From: Nitrosopumilus sp.
GTDB lineage: Archaea; Thermoproteota; Nitrososphaeria; Nitrososphaerales; Nitrosopumilaceae
Length of the DNA: 64,000 bases
NCBI GenBank assembly: GCA_963662625.1
Contig: OY759726.1
Location: 704,001 to 768,000 of the forward strand
Reading direction: 5' to 3'
Position 1 is the first letter of the stretch; every line of letters begins with the position of its first letter. A model generated the notes under the pieces. It did not search any database, was not told the DNA's origin, and saw only the letters and a list, made by a program, of their open reading frames with translations. A program made the translations under genes and the position numbers. Positions 20,725 to 29,650 of this stretch are shown here, piece after piece.

Positions 20725-22218
20725 TCATACTAGGACGAGGAAGAGAGGAACGGGGATCATCGTGCGCCCGTTCTTCGCCGAGAGATCACGCTTTGTCAGC
20801 ACCAGCCCCTCGGAGACGCCGCTGGCCTTCTTAAAGTCAATCAGCCCCTGCAGGTCGCCGGAACCAATCTGGTTTTGGTACTTTACTTCCACGGGGATCG
20901 TCCGATCGCCGGGGTATATGACAAAGTCCACCTCGCGGCCGCCGCCTCCCCGCCAGTAGGACACCGATTCCCGGTAGTCAAAGCTCATCCTAAACCTGCT
21001 CAGGCCGAAGGCAAGCCTTACAGAGTGATCCGCGACCACGTTCTCGACGAGCTTGCCGGTCAGGGCCTCGTCCTGGAGCGCCTTCAAGGAGAATTCAAAG
21101 GGCTCTTCCCTGCGGCTCATGGCGTTCAGTGCGTGGAAGAAGAACGGGTCCTGAAAGTAGATTTTCTTCGGCGATGGGTGGTGCGGCCGCCTCTGCTTGG
21201 CGTCGTACCTGTGCATGTATAATAGCACGAACGCGCCGGAGAGGGTCTTCGTATAATCCTCCACGGTGTGGTGGCTTCCCACGTCCGTGCCTTTTTTGAG
21301 CGACTGCCAAGAGGTCGGGGAGCACAGGCTCCGGACATAGTTGGGGGTCAGCTGCGGGAGGTAGTCCCCCCTGTGAACGCGCCCCATGTCCCCCTTGATG
21401 GAGTCCAGGCACGTGTGGTAAGTCGACGCGGGGATGTTCCCGTTTTCCAATAGATCGTTGACGGCCGGCGGGACGCCCCCCGTAATCAGGTAGTTCCCGA
21501 AGTGCTTGTCCAGGGCGTCCTGGTATGCCGAAAGCGAGGCGACGGTGCCGTCGATCTCGCCCCCAAGCAGGGCATCCAGCAGGTCGTGGCGGGTCGACAG
21601 GGCATGCATGTCGTTGTCTTTGATGAATTTCCCGAGTTCGGGATCCACCGACGAGACGTACTCGGCGAATTTCATCGGGGGCATGATCTTGTCCAAGGAA
21701 TCGCCCTGTGCGGCCCCCCTTCTGCCCGGCATCTGTTCCCCGCCCGGCCTCAAGTCAGCAGAGTGGGAGCCTGCCGCAATCACGGTGCAGTTGTCCAGCT
21801 TGCCCCGGTCCTTGAGTTTTTTGATGGCGTTTTGCCAGCCTTGAATGTTTGAAATTTCGTCAAGAAACAGGATGGCCCTGCTGCCTTTTCTGAACGGCGC
21901 GCTCCTGTCAAGGTACGCGCCGACCACGCCGGAGACGTCCGCGGGAGATCTCTCCACGTCAAACGAATAGTACATGAGGGTCCACGGATCCCGCCCCTCC
22001 CGGAGGCGCTCCCTGATCATCAGCTTGGCCATGGTCGTCTTGCCCACCTGCCTGGGCCCGCGAAGCGTGTAGATCAGATCCTCCTCAAGGAATTTTTTTT
22101 GGATCCTGGGTTTCCACTTTAGCGCGGAGTCCTCCCAACGGCGTATGGAGTGGTCGCCATCGATTGCTGCAGGATCCTTCCACCACGGGTTATATCCCAG
22201 CAGCTCGTTATATGACAT
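20725..22218 (-). CDS. AAA_14 ATPase with DUF4143 and a C-terminal nuclease-like motif
   Basis: NPWW, GPRQVGKTT, LFLDEI, YLITGG.P, KKIYFQDP, EVDFV..PVEVK. Confidence 0.88.
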   Translation of the reverse strand: MSYNELLGYNPWWKDPAAIDGDHSIRRWEDSALKWKPRIQKKFLEEDLIYTLRGPRQVGKTTMAKLMIRERLREGRDPWTLMYYSFDVERSPADVSGVVGAYLDRSAPFRKGSRAILFLDEISNIQGWQNAIKKLKDRGKLDNCTVIAAGSHSADLRPGGEQMPGRRGAAQGDSLDKIMPPMKFAEYVSSVDPELGKFIKDNDMHALSTRHDLLDALLGGEIDGTVASLSAYQDALDKHFGNYLITGGVPPAVNDLLENGNIPASTYHTCLDSIKGDMGRVHRGDYLPQLTPNYVRSLCSPTSWQSLKKGTDVGSHHTVEDYTKTLSGAFVLLYMHRYDAKQRRPHHPSPKKIYFQDPFFFHALNAMSRREEPFEFSLKALQDEALTGKLVENVVADHSVRLAFGLSRFRMSFDYRESVSYWRGGGGREVDFVIYPGDRTIPVEVKYQNQIGSGDLQGLIDFKKASGVSEGLVLTKRDLSAKNGRTMIPVPLFLVLV

Positions 22219-22227
22219 CACGCGCCG

Positions 22228-22312
22228 CTGCCAGTCCCTTTATAAGCATGGTTTTCTGAACTGCCAGTCCTTTTATAACCATTGGTGCCAACTGGTGCCA
22301 GTTCATTTATAA
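22228..22312. promoter_or_regulatory. Three TGCCAGTyCnTTTATAA repeats containing TATA boxes, in a divergent promoter region
   Basis: Copies at 22228-22245, 22261-22278 and 22295-22312. Confidence 0.65.
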
Positions 22313-22334
22313 ATCAACATGAAAGGCAGGGCCC

Positions 22335-22475
22335 ATGGTGGTGCCAAGGGAGGGCATCAGGGCATGCATGAAGTGCGGGTGCGTGTACTCGGAGATATCG
22401 TCGAACAACGCAATGAGGTGTCCCGTCTGCAAGAACATGCTGGGGGAGAAGATCGGCATAGTCCGGAACGGCTGA
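22335..22475 (+). CDS. 46-aa zinc-ribbon protein
   Basis: CMKC..CPVC; TTTATAA about 25 nt upstream. Translated by hand. Confidence 0.6.
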   Translation: MVVPREGIRACMKCGCVYSEISSNNAMRCPVCKNMLGEKIGIVRNG

Positions 22476-22597
22476 CGCGGTGATCGGTCGCGGCACCGCC
22501 GAGGGGCCGCTGTGGCAGGCCGGCCGCGGCTCCAAGCCGCACGGCGGTGTAAAAAACAGCCGTAAACAGTTATAATTACAGCGGCGAGACCCCAAGC

Positions 22598-23146
22598 ATG
22601 GAAGAGACCTCCGTGTTCCCCGGGGACAGGATAGCCTCCATAGAGGAGTACGAGGCGGGCCACAACGCCTTTGACGACGGCGACATGGTCCGCGCGGCCA
22701 CCATAGGCAGCGTCGACATAGACCGGGAGACGCGCGTCGCGAGCATCAAGCACCCCAAGGGCCAAGCCATGCCGAGGGTCGGCGACACCGTCATCGGCAC
22801 GGTCAGCGCCGTGATGTCGTCGATGTTCGCGGTGATAATAGACTACATCAACGGCAAGCCGACCGTGTCCAAGGTGGAGTGCATCTGCTCGACGCGGGAC
22901 GCCCGGAGGAGGAACGTCGCGCTCGCAAACGACATAGTCGCGCTGAAGATCCTCAACCACCTCAACGGCACGATACACGCCACCGTGGACGAGCCCCAGC
23001 TGGGGGTCCTGTTCACAAAGTGCAGGAAGTGCGGCGGCGAGGTGGTCCAGATGCGCGACGCCATAAAGTGCAAGGAGTGCGCGTGGATCGACGACAGGAA
23101 GCTCTCAAGGAAGTTCGGCAACGGCGACTTTGTGAGACTGGGATGA
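22598..23146 (+). CDS. csl4: Exosome complex RNA-binding protein Csl4
   Basis: VFPGD..EEY, S1 domain, LGVLFTKCRKC..CKEC..RKLS. Confidence 0.9.
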   Translation: MEETSVFPGDRIASIEEYEAGHNAFDDGDMVRAATIGSVDIDRETRVASIKHPKGQAMPRVGDTVIGTVSAVMSSMFAVIIDYINGKPTVSKVECICSTRDARRRNVALANDIVALKILNHLNGTIHATVDEPQLGVLFTKCRKCGGEVVQMRDAIKCKECAWIDDRKLSRKFGNGDFVRLG

Positions 23147-23958
23147 TCCGCGTCTCGTTCCAGGGGGAGCGTGGCGCGTACAGCGAGGCTGCCGCAAGGT
23201 CGTTCTTCGGGGGGGAGATCGAGGCCGTCCCCACGCAGACGTTCGCCGAGGCCCTCGAGCGCGCCTCGTCCGGGGATACCGGCTACGCCGTGCTCCCGGT
23301 GGAGAACTCGCTGGAGGGGAGCGTGGGGGAGAGCTACGACCTGCTGTACCTGACGGACCTCAGCGCGGTGGGCGAGACGTACCACAGGATAGAGCACTGC
23401 CTGATCGGGACCGGCAGGCTGGGGGGCATCGGGACCGTGTACTCGCACCCGCAGGCGCTGGGCCAGTGCAGGGGGTTTATCGAGAGAAACGGCATGAAGA
23501 CAGTGCCCGCGTACGACACCGCGGGGAGCGTGAAGATGATAAAGTCGATCGGCCGGGAGGACGTGGCCTGCATAGCGAGCAGGGAGGCGTCCGGGATCTA
23601 CGGCGTCCCAGTGGTGGCAAGCGACATCGCGAACAACCCCAACAACTACACCCGGTTCCTGGTGCTGTCCGGGGGGGCCAGCCCGGAGACCGGCAGCGAC
23701 AAGACGTCGGTGATATTCTCCATAAAGCACGAGCCGGGCTCCCTGTTCAGGGTGATAGGGAGGTTCCACGCGAGCGGCGTGAACCTCACCAAGATAGAGT
23801 CCAGGCCGGCCGGGACGGACGCCTGGGAGTACATATTTTACGTGGACTTTGAGGGGCACGCCGACAGCCCCGGCATCGCGGAGATGCTCAGGGGACTGGA
23901 GGCGGACACGGTCTCCCTGAAGGTGCTCGGCTCGTACCCCTCGGCCAGGCGCGGCTAG
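23143..23958 (+). CDS. pheA: Prephenate dehydratase
   Basis: FQGERGAYSE, PVENSLEGSV, SHPQALGQC, NYTRF, LTKIESRP. Confidence 0.95.
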   Translation: MIRVSFQGERGAYSEAAARSFFGGEIEAVPTQTFAEALERASSGDTGYAVLPVENSLEGSVGESYDLLYLTDLSAVGETYHRIEHCLIGTGRLGGIGTVYSHPQALGQCRGFIERNGMKTVPAYDTAGSVKMIKSIGREDVACIASREASGIYGVPVVASDIANNPNNYTRFLVLSGGASPETGSDKTSVIFSIKHEPGSLFRVIGRFHASGVNLTKIESRPAGTDAWEYIFYVDFEGHADSPGIAEMLRGLEADTVSLKVLGSYPSARRG

Positions 23959-24419
23959 AAGCCCCTGGGCCTCCTCAGCGTAAAGGCCGTGCTGAACCCG
24001 ATGATCACCACGCCGGACGTTATCACGATGATGTGGTAGGTGAACAGGATCGGGTCGGTGGTGATCTCGAAGGTGGCGTCCACCACCACGTCCGACGGGC
24101 CGGTGTTGCGCACGTTGATGTACGTGACGCCGTCCTGGGCGTGGCTCCATTCCTGGTAGGCCTCCCCCTCGAACGAGTCGGTGATGTCCAAGCCGCCGGC
24201 GGGGCTCTTGAGCACGAGCTCAAAGCTGTCGCCCGTGATCCCCATCTTCTGGGTGCCGCCCCGATCGGAGGTGACCTGGTACGAGGTGAACTCCCCCGGC
24301 CCGAGCGTGTCGCTGACCGGCACCACCTGGAGGCCGACGTCGGAGACGAACGAGAACACCCCGATGGCTATGATCCCTACCCCGATGATCATCCCGACGA
24401 CCGTCCACTTTGATATCAT
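23955..24419 (-). CDS. Hypothetical membrane protein with N- and C-terminal TM helices
   Basis: MISKWTVVGMIIGVGII... is the plausible 3' part of shadow ORF 23955..25655. Confidence 0.75.
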   Translation of the reverse strand: MISKWTVVGMIIGVGIIAIGVFSFVSDVGLQVVPVSDTLGPGEFTSYQVTSDRGGTQKMGITGDSFELVLKSPAGGLDITDSFEGEAYQEWSHAQDGVTYINVRNTGPSDVVVDATFEITTDPILFTYHIIVITSGVVIIGFSTAFTLRRPRGF

Positions 24420-24471
24420 GGTGTGGAGTCCCCGCGCGCCGCTTAAAAAACTAGCTCCGCGCGTAGTCTGT

Positions 24472-25878
24472 TGAACACATGATAACCACCCAGGCGTAGT
24501 TGCCCCGATGGATCGACCCCTGGTAGCGCGTGGGCCTGGCGCCCTTTCTGTTGAATGGGGCAATCCGAGCTGCCGTGTCACTGGGCTTCGCGCCCTGATA
24601 GGTGTGTGCAGCTTCCGATCCGTCAGACATCCGAAAGGAGGTGATAGGAAAGGATGAGAAAGACAAGCATAGGGACAGGCATGGGGAAGAGAAAGCGCGG
24701 CGCGTGCGTGGTGGACGGGAACGGGAAGGTTCTCGAGAGGGGGCAGTACCCCAACACCCGGGACGGCGCGGCGAAGTTCGCAGGGGTGATGGCGCGCAGG
24801 TACCTGGGCGGCGGCCCCTGCAGGGCCGCCTGCGAGACGACTGGCAACATGTGGAACAAGACGTTTGACGCCTTCGAGGCGGCCGGGACCGGCATCAAAC
24901 TGGCCAACACGTACAAGATGGCCCTGATAGCCAGGACCGCCAAGAAGACCGACAGGATTGACGCAGAGAAGATAGCGCAGGTGCCGGGGATGGACATGAT
25001 ACCGGAGTGCTACGTCCCCCCGGGCCACACCAGGGGGATACGCGCGATGGTCAGGCAGAGGGTGAGGCTGGCCCGGGACAGGACGCGCGTGACAAGCCGC
25101 GCCCGCAGCCTCCTGGACCGCCACGACATCCAAATGGACGCCTCCACCATGCACTCCGAAAAGGCCCTGGGGCAGCTGGAATCCGCGGGGCCGGGCTCTG
25201 GGCACGACGGGTTGGTCCTGGGCCAGTGCGCCCGGCAGGTGAGGCACCTGACGGAGGAGATCTCCGTGACGGAGGGGCTCCCCGGGACGGGGGCCGCCCA
25301 CAACGGTGACGCGAGGCTGCTGGCCAGCATGACCGGCGTCGGCACGTTCACCGCGGTGCTGATGGCCCCCGGGATCGGGGACGTCTCCAGGTTCAGGGGG
25401 CCAAGGCAGATGGTGTCGTGGGCCGGGCTGTGCCCGGCGGCCTGCCAGTCGGGGAACCGGCCGTACGCGGGGAGGATCAAGAAGATCGACCCCGGCAGCC
25501 TGGTCAACTGGGCCATGCGCGAGGCCGCGAACACCGCCGTGCGGCACGACGCCAGGATGGAAGCCGTGTATGCGTCCGCGCGCCGGAGGCACGCGGACAA
25601 GCATGGGCCGGCAATCATGGTGGTGGCCCACAAGATGGTCACCATAATGTGGCACATGCTGACCACCAAGACACCCTACGAGTCCCGCAACGAGGGGCCG
25701 TGCCGGCGCAAGCTGGCCGGGACGGGGAAGGCGCGCCGGGGGCGGCCCCCCGCGCTGCCCGCATCCCGGATCGTCTTGCCAGCGCTAGCTATAAATCTCA
25801 TGCCATGCAACCCAGTCACGGATCGGAAAAACCGCGGGATGCATTGCGGCAACTACGCCTGAGTGGTTAACATAGGTG
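24472..25878 (+). mobile_element. IS110-family element copy B (transposase 24654..25862)
   Basis: TG core at 24472-24473 and 25877-25878; 26-bp subterminal IRs at 24479-24504 and 25848-25873; translation identical to copy A. Confidence 0.92.
24507..24624 (+). ncRNA. Putative bridge RNA with target- and donor-binding loops
   Basis: Closing stem GATGGATCG/CGATCCGTC; two arms, each with GGGC-N5-GCCC followed 2 nt later by a 7-mer matching the target (TCTGTTG) or the donor (ATAGGTG). Confidence 0.72.
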
Positions 25879-27294
25879 CACAACTCGGCACGATCCCCGG
25901 GCCGTGGCCAGGCCGTGCCGCTTGGAGTCCCTACGCCCCCGCCTCACCCGCCCACCGGTCGTGCTGGGCCATCCTGAGCCTTGCCTCCTGCACGATGTTC
26001 TCCCACCTGCGCGAGTGCACGTGGTCCCCGAACATCCTCTTGAACGCCGATATGATTATCTCGATCAGCCACCTCCTGCCGTACCCCTTCCTAGCCTCCC
26101 GGTACCGGACGTTCTCCTCCCTCTCCCTCGTGCCCACCCTGCCGGCGCGCGCCTCCGGGCCGCCCCCCAGCTGGTCCCGCACCGCCTCGCCCCACGCGCC
26201 GCCGGTGCCCTTGCCCCTGGCGGTGGACGCCACCTTGACCGGGATGATAGGCCCCACGCCCATGTCGCGGCACCTCCGCATGTTGTCCCGCGACGCGTAC
26301 GCCCCGTCCGCGATCAGGCGCGCCCCGTGGGAGCCGGGCGGCTGGCCGCACTGCAGCGCGAGCGGCGCCACGCCGCTCGCGAGGAGGTTGGGCGGGGGCG
26401 AGCCCACGCGCGGCAGGGGATCCCCAGCCGCGGCTGCCTTCCCGCGGATCAGCGCCATGCGCCTGTCCTGCTTCCCCGCCGGCTTCCCGTCCGGCTTCCC
26501 GCCACGCGGCTCCACCACGGTTCCCAGGAGCTCCTTCAGCATGGGGGAGTCGCCCGTCCTGTCGTCGGTCACCACCGCCGCGAGTATCTTCTTCGTGTCG
26601 GCGTCGGCCAGCAGGTGCAGCTTGACGAACCCGCGCTTCACCTTCCACTTCTTCCGTATCCACTCGCCCCGGTTGCACTGCTTCAGGCCCGTGGCGTCGG
26701 CCAGCAGGGTCATGGGCTGGCCGCCGCCGGAGACGCGGACGACTCCCCCGCCGATGTCCACGTCGAGGCGCGCCATCCTCCTGGCCAGCACCGAGTAGTG
26801 CGGCGCGCCGTGCCCCCCCAGCATCCCCGCGAGGAGCCCGGACAGCTGCCTGTACCGGGCCCCGAGCGAGGTCCTCACCGCGGCGGCGGCCATGACCAGC
26901 GCCCCGGCGTACCTGAACGGGGCGCCCTCCTTGCCGGCGTTGGCCTCCCTCAGGTCGTCCTCCCAGCCGGGGTCATACGACACAGCCAGGCCCCTCCCGC
27001 GCCTGACGTATTTCTCGTTGTCGGTCGCAGCCAACGGGGACGGTGCGCGGCCGTGATCCAAGGCCTTTTCGGTTTGACATGGTTGGGCCGGGGGTTCAAC
27101 TGTTTAGACCCGGCAATTTCTGGCAGTTGTGCAACAGACTACCGCGCGATGCGTTCCCGGGAGGCGGCGCGGGGGGCCTGGGACCTGGCATACCTACCAC
27201 AGACACAGGAAACTAGCGGATCGATGTGGCTATCCACGGACTCGCACGTCAGTGTTACCCATGCCCAGTCAGAAAATCCTAGAAGCTGCAGGCC

Positions 27295-28728
27295 TTACAT
27301 CAGCGACACGTCGTGGGGCTGGCTTTCCGCGAACCCGGCCCTAGACATCTTGATGAACTCGGCGTTTGCCTGCATCTGCGGGATGGTGTGGGCGCCGCAG
27401 TAGCTCAGCCCGGAGCGGATGCCGCCCGTCAGCTGCTTCAGCATGTCGGTGACCGTCCCCTTGTAGGGGACCATCGCCTCCACGCCCTCGGCCACGTAGT
27501 CGTTGAGGTCGTCGTCAAGGGAGATCGTCCCGGTCTCCTTTGACTTCCTCCCGATGGAGGCCGCCAGGGACGCCATCCCGCGGTAGACCTTGAAGCGCTT
27601 TCCGTTCTTTGTCAGCACCATTCCGGGCGACTCGTCGGTCCCGCCCAGCATGCTCCCAACCATCACGCTCGAGGCGCCGGCTGCCAGCGCCTTCGTGGCG
27701 TCGCCGGAGTTCCTGGTGCCGCCGTCGGATATTATCGGGATGCCGCTGTCGTTGCCCACCCGGGCGCAGTCCACCACGGCGGTAAGCTGGGGCACGCCGG
27801 ATCCCGTGATGACGCGGGTGATGCAGATGGAGCCCGAGCCGACGCCGACCTTGACTGCGTCGACGCCAGCCTTGATCAGGTCGTCGGCCCCCCTGGCGGT
27901 GGCGACGTTCCCGGCAATCAGCTCGCAGCCGGGAAACGCCTTCTTTATGTTGCGCACGGTGTTGACCGCGTTCTCGCTGTGCCCGTGCGCAATGTCCACC
28001 ACCAGCACGTCCGCCCCGGCGTCCAGGATGGCCTCGGCCCTCTCCAAAAAGTCCCCCTTCACGCCGACCGCCGCCCCCACTAGCGGGCGGCCCTTCCCGT
28101 CCTTGGAGGCGGACGGGTAGTCCTCCGTGTTCGTTATGTCCTTGGACGTGACCAGCCCCCTCGCGACCCCGGAGTCGTCCACCAGCGGGAGCTTCTCGAT
28201 CCTGTGCTTGTGGAGGATGCGCTTCGCCTCGTCAAGGGAGATGCCCGGCCTGGCGGTGACGACGTCCTTGGTCATGACGTCCCTGATCGGCGTGTCCATG
28301 TTCGACTCAAGCAGCAGGTCCCTGGCAGTGACTATCCCCACCAGCTTGGAGTCAGAGTCGGTCACCAGGATGCCCGAGATGCCCTTGTCCGTGGCATAGT
28401 CGATCGCGTCCAGGATGGCCTTGTCCTGGCCTATGGAGTACGGGTTCTCTATCATGACGCTGCCGGATCGCTTGACCTTGAGTACCTCGCTTACCTGCTC
28501 CCTGATGGTCAGGAACCTGTGGATGATCCCGATGCCCCCCGCCCGGGCCATCGCCACGGCCATGGCGGACTCTGTGACGGTGTCCATGTTGGCGCTTACT
28601 AGCGGTATGTTGATCGAGATGTTCCGCGACAGCCTTGTGCTCAGGTCCGTCTGGGTGCGGCTGGTGATGTCAGAATACTTGGGGACTAGGAGAACATCGT
28701 CAAACGTCAACCCCTCCCTGAATTCCAA
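27295..28728 (-). CDS. guaB: IMP dehydrogenase
   Basis: LTFDDVLL, SANMDTVT, CBS pair, VGVGSGSICITR, YRGM; probable TTG start. Confidence 0.96.
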   Translation of the reverse strand: MEFREGLTFDDVLLVPKYSDITSRTQTDLSTRLSRNISINIPLVSANMDTVTESAMAVAMARAGGIGIIHRFLTIREQVSEVLKVKRSGSVMIENPYSIGQDKAILDAIDYATDKGISGILVTDSDSKLVGIVTARDLLLESNMDTPIRDVMTKDVVTARPGISLDEAKRILHKHRIEKLPLVDDSGVARGLVTSKDITNTEDYPSASKDGKGRPLVGAAVGVKGDFLERAEAILDAGADVLVVDIAHGHSENAVNTVRNIKKAFPGCELIAGNVATARGADDLIKAGVDAVKVGVGSGSICITRVITGSGVPQLTAVVDCARVGNDSGIPIISDGGTRNSGDATKALAAGASSVMVGSMLGGTDESPGMVLTKNGKRFKVYRGMASLAASIGRKSKETGTISLDDDLNDYVAEGVEAMVPYKGTVTDMLKQLTGGIRSGLSYCGAHTIPQMQANAEFIKMSRAGFAESQPHDVSLM

Positions 28729-28852
28729 GCTAAACCTTGTAAAGAATGCCCCGGATGGATTATAAGCCTTTGTTTCCGGCATGCCGGGCGCGCGGCCGCC
28801 GGGGCCGGGAAACGTCCGCTTCCTTTAAACAAAATCAGGACGGGGGGTCATC

Positions 28853-29650
28853 ATGGCTAAGAAGATTCATCAGGATGGCAGGAGGGGCAGGAAGGGCCCC
28901 GCCCGCGCGGGAAGGCCGGAGTTGGTGTATTTTGATACCAACGTGTGGGTCAAGTTGATGCTCAAGGCAGAATACGCCGGGATCCGGGACGTGCCGGATG
29001 CCGTGCGTGACGAGGTGTACAGCGTGCCGGACCACCTGCTGGACAGGCTAAAGCCCGGAAAGAGGTGCGTGGTCATAACCGACTGGCTGCGCGCAGAGGC
29101 GATGGGCGTGCTGCGGAAGACCCTTACCAAGATGGAGGAGTACGGCGGCAGCGAGCCAAAACGCATCAGGAGGGTGCAGGCAGCGGTAGAGGTCAAGGTG
29201 CGGCGGCGCCTGGAGGAGGACATGGAGTCCCTGGTGCGTTCGGGCAAGGCCGTCTACAAGAGGCCGGGCGTAAACTCGGCCGACCTGCACGCAAAGACCG
29301 TGAAAAGCATGGGGAAGGACGTCGGCTGGCGCATAAGGGTGGCCAACACGTGCCCCGAGTGCGAGAGGCGCCTGGGACGGGAGGACAATGGCGTGTGCCC
29401 GCACTGCATGGAGCAGATCACGCCCAACATGTCCTACGAGTGCCGCGCGCTGGAGTGCGAGGACTGGGTGCACGCGGTCGTCGCGGAGGCATGCGGCGTG
29501 AGGCTGTTCTACACCTTCGACAAGGGCTTCCGCAAGCCCCACGATGACGGGAAGTTCGGGTTCAAGGTCAAGGTGCTCAAGGAGAAGGCGGCGGGGCGCC
29601 AAAACGTGGACGCCGCCGGGGGAGGAGGGGGGTCCGGCCAGGATGCGTAG
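28853..29650 (+). CDS. PIN-domain protein with an inserted zinc ribbon
   Basis: VYFDTNV..E..CPEC..CPHC..EDWVH..FYTFDKGF. Confidence 0.7.
   Translation: MAKKIHQDGRRGRKGPARAGRPELVYFDTNVWVKLMLKAEYAGIRDVPDAVRDEVYSVPDHLLDRLKPGKRCVVITDWLRAEAMGVLRKTLTKMEEYGGSEPKRIRRVQAAVEVKVRRRLEEDMESLVRSGKAVYKRPGVNSADLHAKTVKSMGKDVGWRIRVANTCPECERRLGREDNGVCPHCMEQITPNMSYECRALECEDWVHAVVAEACGVRLFYTFDKGFRKPHDDGKFGFKVKVLKEKAAGRQNVDAAGGGGGSGQDA

Larger units (their letters stand above)
24464..27141 (-). mobile_element. IS5-family element copy B (transposase 25931..27061), with IS110 copy B nested in its left-hand TIR
   Basis: TIR TAGTCTGTTGCACAACT / AGTTGTGCAACAGACTA; direct repeat CCGCGCG at 24457-24463 and 27142-27148; ADATG, IADGAY, YGRRWLIE..K motifs. 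Confidence 0.9.

Noticed and set aside
23955-25655. 566-aa minus-strand ORF
   Set aside because: It is the antisense shadow of IS110 reading into the real membrane-protein gene 23955..24419.
14124-27141. Diversity-generating retroelement as the cause of the adenine changes
   Set aside because: No reverse transcriptase is present, and the changes are A->G and T->C on the same strand rather than strand-specific A->N.
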